Assembly: GCF_006345805.1 (NCBI RefSeq)
Contig: NC_043012.1
Span: 992,001 to 1,056,000, forward strand
DNA: 64,000 nucleotides
DNA from: Octopus sinensis
Lineage: Eukaryota
Reading direction: 5' to 3'
In this document: positions 1 to 11,733 of the stretch, piece after piece
Position numbering within the stretch: the stretch's first letter is position 1
Layout: every line of letters begins with the position of its first letter
Position numbers and translations under genes: made by a program
Notes under the pieces: model-generated
The model's input: the letters and a program-made list of their open reading frames with translations, nothing else
Database searches by the model: none
What the model was told of the DNA's origin: nothing

Positions 1-35
1 CCGCTGCCCTAACCACTGGGCCATTGCGCCTCCAC
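1..35 (-). mobile_element. 5' head fragment of tRNA-derived SINE family D, cut by window edge
   Basis: Reverse complement GTGGAGGCGCAATGGCCCAGTGGTTAGGGCAGCGG matches the heads at 47903 and 21190; A-box-like TGGCCCAGTGG. Confidence 0.75.
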
Positions 36-137
36 ATATATATATATATATGACTGAGAAAAAGAAGAAAATGGAGAAATTGACAAATAGACATCAGTTT
101 ATTCAAAGATATTCAAATCAATATAATATGAAATTCA

Positions 138-250
138 TATCCCTACAGCTGTTTCCATAGCCAAAAAATTTAATTAGAGAAATTAAATTAAATTATATTA
201 AATTAAGATATTCATATTGAAACTAGTTAATGGGTTTTTCATTGGGGAGA
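138..250 (-). ncRNA. Degenerate Penelope-type hammerhead remnant
   Basis: Minus strand GAAACAGCTGTAGGG (palindromic stem III plus UA site); upstream core decayed to CCAATGA with a long AT-rich insert. Confidence 0.35.
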
Positions 251-341
251 ATTTTCCAGAAAGGAATTACAGTCCAATGTGTTGGTCGACCTTTGACAGA
301 CTCAGATCCTGGGCATAATTAAATTTATATATATATGTATG

Positions 342-412
<71 letters not shown>

Positions 413-445
413 TGTATGTATGTATGTATGTATGTATATATATGT

Positions 446-655
446 TGACCTGGCAGAACTGTTAGCACACTAGGAAAATTGCTTAACAATATTTCATCTA
501 TCTTTACATTCTGGGTTCAAATTCTGCTGAGGTTGGCTTTGCTTTCCATCTTTTTAGGGTCGATAAGATTAGTACTGGTCAAGTACTGGGTTTGATGTAA
601 CCAACCTAACCCCTTCCCTGAAATTGCTGGCCCGGTGCCAAAATTTGAAACCTAT
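446..655 (+). mobile_element. SINE family C copy
   Basis: CTGGCAGAACTGTTAGC head, GGTTCAAATTC B-box, GCTTTCCATCTTTTTAGGGTCGATAAG central motif shared with 43382, 55375, 28785. Confidence 0.75.
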
Positions 656-667
656 ATGCTTATAAGT

Positions 668-703
<36 letters not shown>

Positions 704-1039
704 CCTTCTGTGTATGCGTGTCCATGTCTTTATATATGTTTAATGCCTGCCTCTATACATATTTGTGTGAGAGTATGTATGTGTATATATATATATGTGT
801 GTGTGTGTGTGTGAGAGAGAGAGCGAGAGAGAAAGATAGGAAGAAAAAGTATGTGTGTGTGTGTATGCATATGTGCACACATATGTGTGTCTGTGTGTTT
901 GTATATGTCTATATGTATGTACCTCTGTTGCATGTGTCCATCTGTTTACAGCCTGTGAATATCTGTACAAATTGATGCTAATCCAAAAGTAATATCCCTC
1001 TGTGCAAGAAGATATTTCCGTTTTCCTCCCTCCTACCTT

Positions 1040-1620
1040 CACTCTCTTCCTCTCCCTTTACTCTTCACCTCTCCTCCAATACATACAATATATTTTTGGA
1101 TCTCCTTCAATATCCAATCACGATCTGTCTATTGAAGTATTACAGCAAGGATTTGGACATACAGATTCAAAAATTCTTTGGAAAACTTTTCGGAAGTGGC
1201 ATCACATTGAATATTTATTTAAAGTCAATTCGCAATCAAAAGAATCTTAATAAACCATTCACGATGTAAGTTGATTTGTCGTTTCAGAAGTTCCGCTAGA
1301 TACATTTCATGTCTTCACGCCTTTCGTGTATTGTTTGACTTTGTGTTGTTCCACTTCTTCTGGTAAACCGTTATATTGAAATATTTGGCACCGAGGCCTG
1401 GCATTGTTTCTGTGACTGATATTTATTCTCCTGATGTCACAACGGTTGTATGAAGTGTCGGTAGGTGTCTGGGGCAGTGTTGGGGAGAGGAAAAGAAGGT
1501 ACTATAGTCTTCTGGGTTTCCTTTTCAAAATTTCTCACCAATAGACAAAATTTGACAGTTTGCAGTAAAGAAAAATGACTTCTGCTTTGCAATTTAGACA
1601 GCTTTAAGTAGCTATATCGA
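1040..1620 (-). pseudogene. Possible decayed gag/ORF1-like retroelement fragment
   Basis: Manual minus-strand translation gives GLPEEVEQHKVKQY (RRM-like) and EGDPKIYCMYW (eroded zinc-knuckle-like), with many stops. Confidence 0.25.
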
Positions 1621-1624
1621 ATAC

Positions 1625-2309
1625 GTATGTATGCATTATGTATGTATGTATGTATGCATGCATGCATGTATGTATGTATGTATGTATGTATGTATGTATG
1701 TATGTATGCATGTATGTATGCATGTATGTATGTGTATATGTATGTATGTATGTATGCATATATGTATGTATGTTTGTATGTATGTATGTATGTATGTATG
1801 TATGTATGTATGTATGTATGCATGTATGTATGTGTATATGTATGTATGTATGTATTTATGTATGTATGTATGTTTGTATGTATGTATGTATGTATGTATG
1901 TATGTATGCATGTATGTATGCATGTATGCATGTATGTATGTATGTATGTATGTATGCATGTATGTATGTATGCATATATGTATGTATGCATGTATGTATG
2001 TATGTATGTATGTATGTATGTATGCATGCATGCATGTATGTATGTATGTATGTATGTATGTATGCATGTATGTATGCATGTATGTATGTGTATATGTATG
2101 TATGTATGTATGCATATATGTATGTATGTTTGTATGTATGTATGTATGTATGTATGTATGTATGTATGTATGTATGTATTTATGTATGTATGTATGCATG
2201 TATGTATGTATGTATGTATGTATGCATGTATGTATGTATTTATGTATGTATGCATGTATGTATGTTTGTATGTATGTATGTATGTATGTATGTATGTATG
2301 TATGTATGC

Positions 2310-2342
<33 letters not shown>

Positions 2343-2417
2343 TGTATTTATGTATGTATGTATGCATGTATGTATGTATGTATGTATGTATGCATGTATG
2401 TATGTATGCATGTATGC

Positions 2418-2449
<32 letters not shown>

Positions 2450-3078
2450 TGTATGTATGTATGTATGCATGTATGTTTAGTTTTATTGAAAGATTTCTCG
2501 TCAACAGAGAAAGAACCAGTTTCTAACTTAGATCCAAGGTTCCTTCATTGGTATTTCAAAATCAACAACAAGGTATTTTTGCATGTATGTATGTATGTTT
2601 ATGTGCAGATTTTAATGTTTTGCTTTATGTATGTATTCTCATGCATATAGCTACATATCTAGTCATGTATGTATGTATGCATGTATGTTTATATGTTTGT
2701 ATGTATGTATGTATGTATGTGTGTGTGTATGTATGTATGCATGTATGTATGCATGTATGTATGCATGTATGTTTATATGTTTGTATGTATGTATGTATGT
2801 ATGTGTGTGTGTATGTATGTATGCATGTATGTATGCATATGTATGCATGTATGTTTGCATATATATATGTATGCATGCATGTATGTATGTATGTATGTAC
2901 GTATGCTTGTATGTATGCATGTTTATATGTATTATATGTATGTATTCATGTATGCATGTATGAATGCACTTACATATGTATATGTGCTTGTATTGATTTT
3001 TCCTGTATGTATACATGAATGTATGTATGTATGCATGTATGTATGAATGCATGCATATATGTATACACGTATGTATGC
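1625..3078. repeat. Long imperfect (TATG)n microsatellite with an embedded 100-bp element
   Basis: Direct reading; TGCA, TTTG and TATA variant units recur in duplicated blocks. Confidence 0.95.
2476..2580 (-). mobile_element. Short retroelement 3'-end fragment (family G) in (TATG)n
   Basis: Homologous to 39137-39235; minus strand ends AATAAAACTAAA followed by (CATA)n. Confidence 0.6.
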
Positions 3079-3079
3079 A

Positions 3080-3941
3080 TATCCAGACTATTGCCATAAT
3101 AATGAAACTAAAGCATGCAGAGTGAAACTGCTTGGCATAGATTGACCTTGATCTTTGCTGTACATGCACAACAAGTTTTAACATTCTAGCTCATTTCTGC
3201 TGTTTACAGCAGTACTTGGAAGGAAGGTGTGTAGTGTGTGATTGCAGCATTGGCCATGACAGTGAAAGTTGTCATGGCAATACCTGCTCAGAAGCCTGTG
3301 CAAAGTTGCAGAAAGTGTATGGTGAGGAGTGTATGAGCCGCACACAAGTGTAGGAGTGGTTCAGATGTTCCCAAAACTATCGATATTGACAAAGGTTCTG
3401 GGAGACCTGCAACCAGCAGAACTGAGAAAAACAGTTGTGCGTGCAGCTGTGAGGGGAAATCGTCGAATCACTATCCATGAGTTATCAGAGGATGTGCAGA
3501 TTAGTTACGGTTCAGTACAGTCCATTATCACTGAAGATTTGAGTATGAGACCTGTCTCTGCCAGGTTTGTGCCAAAACTGCTTTCAGCAGGTTGGAAAGG
3601 CACTCGGGTTTCAGTTACACAAGATCTCTTTGATTGTGTTGAGAATGATGAAAGCTTTTTGAAAACTTTGTGCAGGCCACTGAGGAGGTATCACCAAGCT
3701 TTTGGCAAAATTTGATGCAGATTCTCTGCTCAACTTACTCTATCATGATCAATGTGACAAACAAATCCTACACACCTTCCTTCCAAGCACTGCTGTAAAC
3801 AGCAGAAGTGAGATAGAATGTTAACACTTAATGTGCATGTACAACAGAGCTCAGGGTCAATCTGTGCCAAGTGGCTTTACTCTGTGTGATTTAGCTTCGT
3901 TACTATGGCAACAGTCCAGATACTTACTGATCAGACCATGT
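3080..3941 (+). mobile_element. Internally deleted mariner (Tc1/mariner) element with long TIRs
   Basis: ~150-bp inverted repeats 3081-3234 and 3768-3920; internal NRRITIHELSEDVQISYGSVQSIITEDLSMRPVSARFVPKLLS is the mariner HTH plus WVPxLL-like motif; right end at TA. Confidence 0.9.
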
Positions 3942-3990
3942 ACATCTACTTGACCAAAGATTTTTTATAGGTATACTTCACCAACATTAT

Positions 3991-4400
3991 ACTCTTTTAC
4001 TCTTTTACTTGTTTCAGTCATTTGACTTCGGCCATGCTGGAGCACTGCCTTTAGTCGAGTAAATTGACCCCAGGACTTATTCTTTGTAAGCCCAGTACTT
4101 ATTCTATCGGTCTCTTTTGCCGGACCGCTAAGTTACGGGGATATAAACACACCAGCATCGGTTGTCAAGCAATGCTAGGGGGACAAACACAGACACACAA
4201 ACACACACATACATATATCTATATACATATATACGACAGGCTTCTTTCAGTTTCCGTCTACCAAATCCACTCACAAGGCATTGGTCGGCCCGGGGCTATA
4301 GCAGAAGACACTTGCCCAAGATTCCACACAGTGGGACTTAAACCTGGAACCATGTGGTTGGTTAGCAAGCTACTTACCACACAGCCACTCCTGCGCCTAT
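3991..4400 (-). mobile_element. SINE family A, full length (tRNA head, CORE-like domain, internal (TA)/(TG) tract, GAGTAAAA tail)
   Basis: Head GGCGCAGGAGTGGCTGTGTGG with B-box-like GGTTTAAGTCC (family consensus GGTTCAGTCC), CTTGGGCAAGT CORE-like motif; about 20 copies in window. Confidence 0.9.
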
Positions 4401-4844
4401 ATGTGTTGACATTTAAGCATTCAATAATAGAGTCAAATTGTCTATATTTATACCTCGGCTGGCTTTCCTGCAGATCACATTTTACAATGTGGTAACACCA
4501 CCACGATGTCACAATGGGAGGTAGGTGGTAACTTGAAGATATTTTTGGGTAGTTGCTTTTCCCATGTAATATTTTCTGTATAAGTGTCACATTATGGCTA
4601 TTTTCAGTTATATATTGATAGCCTAATTGCTCCTTATTGCCTCTTTTGTCTCATTTATACAACTCCATATATTTCCCTTTGAGAGTCTGTGTGTGGCTAT
4701 ACTGTCACATAAATTTTTTCGTGTTATAATATACATACGGTTGTGTGTGTGTCTGTTGGGGTTGGGGTGTATATGTGGTTGGGTGTGTGTGTATATATGT
4801 GTGGGTATATGTTTTCTTTTTATACATTACTATATACATAGAAT

Positions 4845-4877
4845 ATCTATCTATCTCTCTCTCTATATATATATCTG

Positions 4878-4956
<79 letters not shown>

Positions 4957-4983
4957 CTATCTATCTATCTATCTATCTGTCTG

Positions 4984-5038
<55 letters not shown>

Positions 5039-5233
5039 GTCTATCTATCTATCTATCTGTCTATCTATCTATCTATCTATCTATCTATATGTACACACAC
5101 AGATATGCGAGAGAAAGAAAGAGAGACAGAGAAAGAGAGAGAGAGAGAGACAGAGAAAGGGAGAGAGAGAGAAGGGAAGTTCACAAGAGACTATATATAC
5201 ATATATATATACATACACATGCATATATGTGTG

Positions 5234-5284
<51 letters not shown>

Positions 5285-5458
5285 ATTACATACATATATA
5301 TGCATATATACATACATATATATACATGAATATATATATGTATCAAATATATCTCCATATATATGTGAGTATATATGTACGTGTGTGTGTGTGTGTGTAT
5401 GTAGTAAATATATATATACATATATACACATACACACACACGTGTGTGTGTGCATGTG
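4845..5458. repeat. Compound microsatellite (TATC)n/(GA)n/(TA)n/(TG)n
   Basis: Direct reading. Confidence 0.95.
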
Positions 5459-5558
5459 NNNNNNNNNNNNNNNNNNNNNNNNNNNNNNNNNNNNNNNNNN
5501 NNNNNNNNNNNNNNNNNNNNNNNNNNNNNNNNNNNNNNNNNNNNNNNNNNNNNNNNNN
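5459..5558. other. Assembly gap (100 N)
   Basis: Run of exactly 100 N, a typical placeholder of unknown true size. Confidence 0.99.
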
Positions 5559-5709
5559 TTGAAGTAAAAACAGTTTGTCTTCCGTCTGGAGGTCAAGAAC
5601 ATGTCTAGATATTTTTCTTTGAAATTTTCTTTAAATATAGTTTGGTATAGATATACATATACTAATGGTCATTATTTATCTTTCTTTTATTGGAGCAAAT
5701 TTGGTTCTT

Positions 5710-6105
5710 GGCTCCCACGCCAGTGATATGTAAAAAGCACCATCTGAACATGAATGATGCCAGGGCTGTCTGGCTGGCTCCCATGCTAGTGGCATGTAAA
5801 AAGTACCATCTGAACATGGCTGATGCTAGTGCCCCCTGACTGGCTCCTGTGCCGGTGGTACATAACAAGCACCATTCGAACATGATTGATGCCAGGGCTG
5901 CCTGGCTGGCTCCTGTGCTGGTGGCACATAAAAAGCACCTACTACACTCTCAGAGTGGTTGGCATTAGGAAGGGCACCCAGTTGTAAAAACCTTGCCAGA
6001 TCAGATTGGAGCCTGGTGCAGCCACTGCTTTCCAGACCTCAGTCAAACCATCCAACCCATGCCAGCATGGAAAACGGCCATTAAACGATGACAATAATGA
6101 TGATG
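5710..6105 (+). mobile_element. Family B: RTE-LINE 3' UTR/tail copy with four ~60-bp tandem units
   Basis: Repeated GTGCCGGTGGCACGTAAAAAGCACC-like units, then TGGCATTAGGAAGGGCA and CCAACCCATGCCAGCATGGAAAACGG with (GAT)n tail. Confidence 0.85.
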
Positions 6106-6143
6106 ATATATATATACATACATACATACATACATACATACAA

Positions 6144-6305
6144 AGGGCTTCTTTTGTTTTCTCTCAACCAAATTCATTTACAAGGTTTTGGCCATTCCAA
6201 GGATATAGTAGAAGATACTTGGCCAAGATTCCACATAGTAGGAACTGAACCTGGAACCATGCTGTTGAGAAACAAACTTCTTACCACGCAGTCATACCTG
6301 AACCT
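6144..6305 (-). mobile_element. SINE family A, degenerate 5' half
   Basis: GGAACTGAACCTGGAACCATG...CTTACCAC similarity to family A. Confidence 0.7.
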
Positions 6306-6644
6306 ATGAATTGTTCATATTTATTCAAAAACTGATTTTTCTCTTGAGTTCAACTGGAATAAACGGCTTTTGTTTCGATTAATTTCGAAAACAAGGAAAA
6401 ATTTAGTAAAATACCTGATATTACTAAGCTGCTGTTTTGAATATTAATTAACCTGAAATTTTGGCAGAAAATGGTTTTAATTTAAATCACTTTTGAGCAG
6501 GAAGTTCATAACATAAAACCAGAGGCAGTCTCAGGCAGTGTAGGATCAAATTGGTAAGAATTTTACGAGAGACTTATTTCTAAAAATATCAGGAATAATT
6601 AACATTTTCCAAGAATTAAACGCTAATTAAAATATTGATTGTTT

Positions 6645-7060
6645 TCTCTCACTCACTGATTCTTTCTTGCTCTCTCTCTCTCTCTCTCATCTCTCTCTCC
6701 TTCTCTCACTCTCTCTCATACTTTCTTTCACCCTCTCTCTCTCTACCTATTCTCTTCTCTTTCTGTCTCCCCATCTCTCCCCCTCTATCACTATCTCTCT
6801 CCCTATCGCTCTCCCCTCTCTCCCCCTTTCTCTACCCTCTCTTCCCTTTCTCTGCTCTCTCCTCCTTTCTCTCCCCCTCTCTCTCATCCTCTCTCCCTCT
6901 CTTCCACACTCCCCTCCTCGTCTCTCACCTATATCTCTCCCGCTCTCTTCCCCTTCTCCCCTCTCTCCCTCCCCCTCCCTCCCTCCCTCCCCTTCTCTCA
7001 CCCTCTTTCTCTACTTTAATCCCTTATCTTTTCCAATCTCTTCACTTTCTCCTTTTATGT
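6645..7060. repeat. Polypyrimidine (CT-rich) low-complexity tract
   Basis: Direct reading. Confidence 0.9.
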
Positions 7061-7571
7061 CTTTAATCTTTATTCCAATCCTGCTAAAAGGACAAACAGA
7101 CATTTTCCCTATTTGTCATTCATTATATTATCTACTTCATTTAATTTTCTACATTTTAATTAATTTGATTCTTGTGAGAAAAAAGCCATAATCCTTCTGT
7201 GTTCTAGACATTATTTTGAATATATTTGGCATAATATTGAAAGAGGAGAAAAATATCAGACAAAATCAGAAAATTCAAAGATATCAGTAAACAAAAGACA
7301 CACATAAACAAAAATAAAAAAAAAAAACATTGAAACATTTGTTTTAGTGTATTTGTATTTCTGCATTATGTGTGAGTGTTTGTGTGTATGTGCATGTATA
7401 TGTGTGTATTTGTGTATATATAATATATATATATGTGTGTGTGTGTGTGTGTATGTATATATATATCATCATCATCGTTTAATGTCCGTTTTCCACGCTA
7501 GCCCGGGTTTGGACGGTACGACCGGGTCTGGGAAACCAGGAGAAAGAGCTGGCATCAGCCAGGCAGTGCTG

Positions 7572-7629
<58 letters not shown>

Positions 7630-8292
7630 TATATATATATATAATATATATATATAATATATTATATATATATATATATATCTATATATATATATACATA
7701 TATATTATATATATATATATGCATATATGCATATGTATATCTATCCATCTGCCTCTGTCTATCTGTCTATCTGTCTATCTATCTATCTATATCTAATATC
7801 TATATATATATATATATATTATATACACACATATACATATACATCTATAGATATAGATGTATACACTATCATACAAATAAGTGTGCACTTATATAAATCT
7901 CTTTATGTGCACATATATATATACACACATATATATATTCATATATATATCCATATGTGTAATTTTGCATCGGCCTTCGCTTGTCATTTGCAGTTGATTA
8001 GCATAATAAAGATTGAGAAATTAGTCTAGCATTAAGAAATAATTTAATCCAGCACTTCTATTTCAAAATTCAAGATAATCTGACATTAAGCCAATTATGA
8101 CAGGCTAAGAATGGAACCAACCAACTTAGATGTGACATGAAGATCTCTTTGAGTAGTGAAGAGAAGAAAACTAGAAAATAAAACAGAAAACTATAAATGT
8201 TAAAAGATAAGAATTTACATATCATCATCACTGTTGTTGTTGCTGTTGTTATTGTCATCGTCATCATTTCAGATACTTTGTATATATATATA

Positions 8293-8326
<34 letters not shown>

Positions 8327-8329
8327 CCA

Positions 8330-8330
8330 C

Positions 8331-8366
<36 letters not shown>

Positions 8367-9970
8367 TTAACGTCTGTTTTCCATGCTAGCATGGGTTGGA
8401 CGGTTTGACCGGGGTCTGGTAAGCCATGGAGGCTGCACCAGGCTCAAGTCTGGTTTGGCAGTGTTTCTACAGCTGGATGCCCTTTCTAACGCCAACTATT
8501 CCGTGGGTGTAATGGGTGTCTTTTACGTGCCACCGGCATGGGTATCACAACTACAACATCCATAAGATTTTGATTTCGATGTTTATGAACTTGACACAAT
8601 AGGTCTCCTCAAGTACAGCAGGCCGTCCTGCAAGCCATGAACTGACTTCATTTGTCGGGTCTTCGAAGTCACAGCATATCTCCAGAGGTCTCGGTATTTC
8701 GTCATAGCCTCTGTGTGGCTCAATATATAGAGGTCATGCTTGACCACCTCGTCCCATGTCTTCCTGGGTCTACCTCTACCCCGGATTCCTTCAACAGTTT
8801 AGGAGTGACACTTCTTCACACATCTCTCCTCATCCATCTGTAGTACATGACCATACCATTTGTCAATCTCCAGTTTCTGCATCTCCCACCAGATAAGGGA
8901 TCGGGTGACCCTGTCAAAGGCTTTCTCCAAGTCCACAAAAGCTAAGTATAGGGGTTTATCTTTAGCTAGGTATTTCTCCTGCAGTTGTCGAACCATGAAT
9001 ATGGCATCAGTGGTGCTTCTACCCAGCACAAAACCGAACTGCATCTCATCTAAGCAAACTCTCTCCCTGATGAGATGGGCTATGACCCTCTCCATGACCT
9101 TCATTACCTGATCCACCAGTTTGATACCCTGTAGTTATTTCTATCTAGAGCATCACCTTTACCCTTGTAGCAGTTGACGATGGTGCTGCTATGCCAGTCA
9201 TTGTGTATGACTCTGGTTTACAATGTGGGTGACTAGCCCACACCACCAGATGTTTTAAGCATCTCAGCAGTGATTCCTGATGGGCCGGGGGCTTTTCCTA
9301 GCTTCATACCCTTAATTACCTCAACTACTACGGAGCTATCTACTAGGTCAACATTTGGCAGGCTCTCCTCCTCCCATTCATTCTCAACATTCAGCAGTCT
9401 TTCATAGTGGCTTCTCCAAGCCTCTTTCTTTTCAGAATCACTAAAAGCAAGTGCCCCATCATCCATTCGAACACTTTTCTCTCCTGTGACATCACAATTT
9501 TCTCTCACACACTGTCTTGCAATCCGAAATACCTCAGTTCTTTGGTCCTCACGTCTCTGGACGTTGGCAAACTGCTACTTTTCCGCTTCGCTCTTGGCTA
9601 TGTATACCTGCTGCCCAGCCTCCCTTCTGGCTACTTGGTACCGTTCCCTGCTACCCCCATCCTTCCAGGCTTTCCAAGCCTGTTTCTTTGCCCTAAAGGC
9701 TTTGTCTACCATACTATTCCACCACCACGTAAATCTATGTCTGGAAGGGACTTTGCACCAGCCACAGACTTGGTCTGTGGCACTCAGTAAGCTGTCCCGT
9801 AGGAATTTCCAGCTACCTTCTATGTCCGATGTCCGTAGCTCCTCCTCCCTCTCCTCAAATTTCTTGATGCGGATGTCCCTAAATCTCTGACCATGTGAAG
9901 GGTTCTTTAGCCTCCAAATCCTTCTTTTGTGGATTGGTTTGCTTCTTGGAATCCTTCTAGCATCGACACT
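8330..9970 (-). mobile_element. 5'-truncated, internally deleted RTE-clade LINE (reverse transcriptase pseudogene) with intact 3' UTR and (GAT)n tail
   Basis: KAPGPSGITAEMLK; QFGFVLGRSTTDAIFMVRQLQEKY; LAFVDLEKAFDRV; C-terminal WYGHV...GRGRPRKTW; stops and frameshifts; ends in family-B tail. Confidence 0.92.
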
Positions 9971-10618
9971 AAACATATGTATACATATGTATATATATAT
10001 ACACATATATATATACTATACATATGTATATATATTTGTGTATATATATATATATATATATATACATATGTATATATATGTATATATATGTGTGTGTATA
10101 TATATATATATATATGTATGCATGTATGTGTGTATATGTTTGTGTGTCTGTGTTTGTCCCTCCAGCATTGTTTGACTAAAGACAGTGCCCCAGCAAGGGC
10201 ACAGTCAAATGACTGAAGCAAGTAAAAGAATAAAAGAATATATTTAGGTATTTGTGCATGTGTGTGTGCTTGTGTGTGTGTGTGTGTGTGGTTAGCATTA
10301 GAAATGGCATCCCACCCGCTGGATCCTATCAAACCATATATATATATATATATGCATATGTGTATATGGATGTATGTGTGTATGTGTATGTATATATGTA
10401 TATATATATATATATGTATATATATATGTATAAGTGAGAGTCTCCTTATTTACCTAAACTCTATTATTCTATTTATTCTTTTATCTACTTTATCACTGAT
10501 TCCTTTGACCACTCCCCTAAGAATGATAGTTTGCGCCATGCCTACCCCAAAAAGTCCCCCACCACCACCCCTTTAAACCTGCCTAAGTGTATAAATGCCA
10601 AAACTATTCTTGTCACCT

Positions 10619-10669
10619 AGCTTCCTGATGATTTCTTTTGAATGAAACAGTTCTAGTCCTGTAGAAGCT
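10619..10669 (+). ncRNA. Type I hammerhead ribozyme fold
   Basis: AGCTTC-CTGATGA-t TTC tttt GAA t-GAAA-CAG ttctagtc CTG-TA-GAAGCT: 6-bp stem I, intact core, stem III, GUA site; weak stem II closing pair (U.U). Confidence 0.75.
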
Positions 10670-10934
10670 CCTTCTATAAAATAAATTAACTTACTCTGCT
10701 ATGTATTGAGTACCTTATTTACTGTGGTTAACCCCGACTCAACCCGGGACCTACATATATATATATGTATTTTTTCCCTCACGGGCTACTTTTTACTGGA
10801 AGGCGATACTTTGTATTGCATTACTGATATTTTGAAACTTCTTCACCATTTCTCGTACTGTTAGCGTTCCGCATTTCAGTCGAGTGTGATAGTATTAATG
10901 TGGTAACATCGTAGATTTCGTCTTGGTATATGCT

Positions 10935-11004
10935 TGGCTGATGAAGGTAAAACAAAATATGGGTGAGAGACATATCTTGTAAAACCTGAAACCTACAGGT
11001 CCCA
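10935..11004 (+). ncRNA. Type I hammerhead ribozyme fold with extended stem II
   Basis: TGG-CTGATGA-AGGT..ACAA a ATATG/CATAT c TTGT..ACCT-GAAA-CCT ac AGG-TC-CCA; all core positions intact, GUC site, short stem I. Confidence 0.75.
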
Positions 11005-11198
11005 CATTGTCCTTTTCCGGGTGTTTCATCTTTCAGATGTTCTCCCTGGAGGTAAGACGTTTTTTTACTCTAGTTTGTTGCACACACGCATTTTGCTAAT
11101 ACATACATAGTGAAGCTACACATTAGCGTCGTATTTTTACGTTCGCTATTTCCAGTAAATATCGGTACTTAGTTGTGCCATTTATTTACTAATTTGTG

Positions 11199-11258
<60 letters not shown>

Positions 11259-11271
11259 ATATGCATATAAC

Positions 11272-11733
11272 CACAAGTGCTGTTGTATGGTAGTAAGAAG
11301 TTTGTTTCCCAATCACATGGGTCTGAGTTCAGTTTCCCCTCATGCCATCTTGCATAAGTGTCTTCTACTACAAACCTGGGCTAAACAAATTCTTGTGAGT
11401 AGATTTGGTAGATGGAAACTGACAGAAACCTCATCGTACATAAATGTATATGCATGTGTGTGTGGGTGGGTGTCTATGTGTGTGTTACAGACTTAACTTC
11501 ACGTAATATCTGTAAACGAATGTCACCAACACGCAAGTGGTGTCCTTTGTTTTCAGTCTTCTGTGGAAACATGTCTGGTCAAGGGGAATATTACCCTATA
11601 TGGAAACTGGAGTGGGTTGGCGACAGGATGGGCATCTGATTAGAGAAAATCTGTGTCAGTAAATTCTATCTCACACATGATATGCAAGCAAGGAAAAGTA
11701 GATGTTAAACAGTGATGATGATGATGATGATGA

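Noticed and set aside
1437-3184. Long ORFs of 243-355 aa (YIHT/MYVC repeats)
   Set aside because: Stop-free translation of the (TATG)n microsatellite, open in many frames at once
4064-4495. Recurrent ORFs such as [30 protein letters not shown] throughout the window
   Set aside because: Translations of SINE A; frame and stops vary between copies
5710-5945. Repeat-spacer appearance suggesting a CRISPR array
   Set aside because: Spacers are homologous to each other, context is eukaryotic, no cas genes; it is a tandem repeat in a LINE UTR
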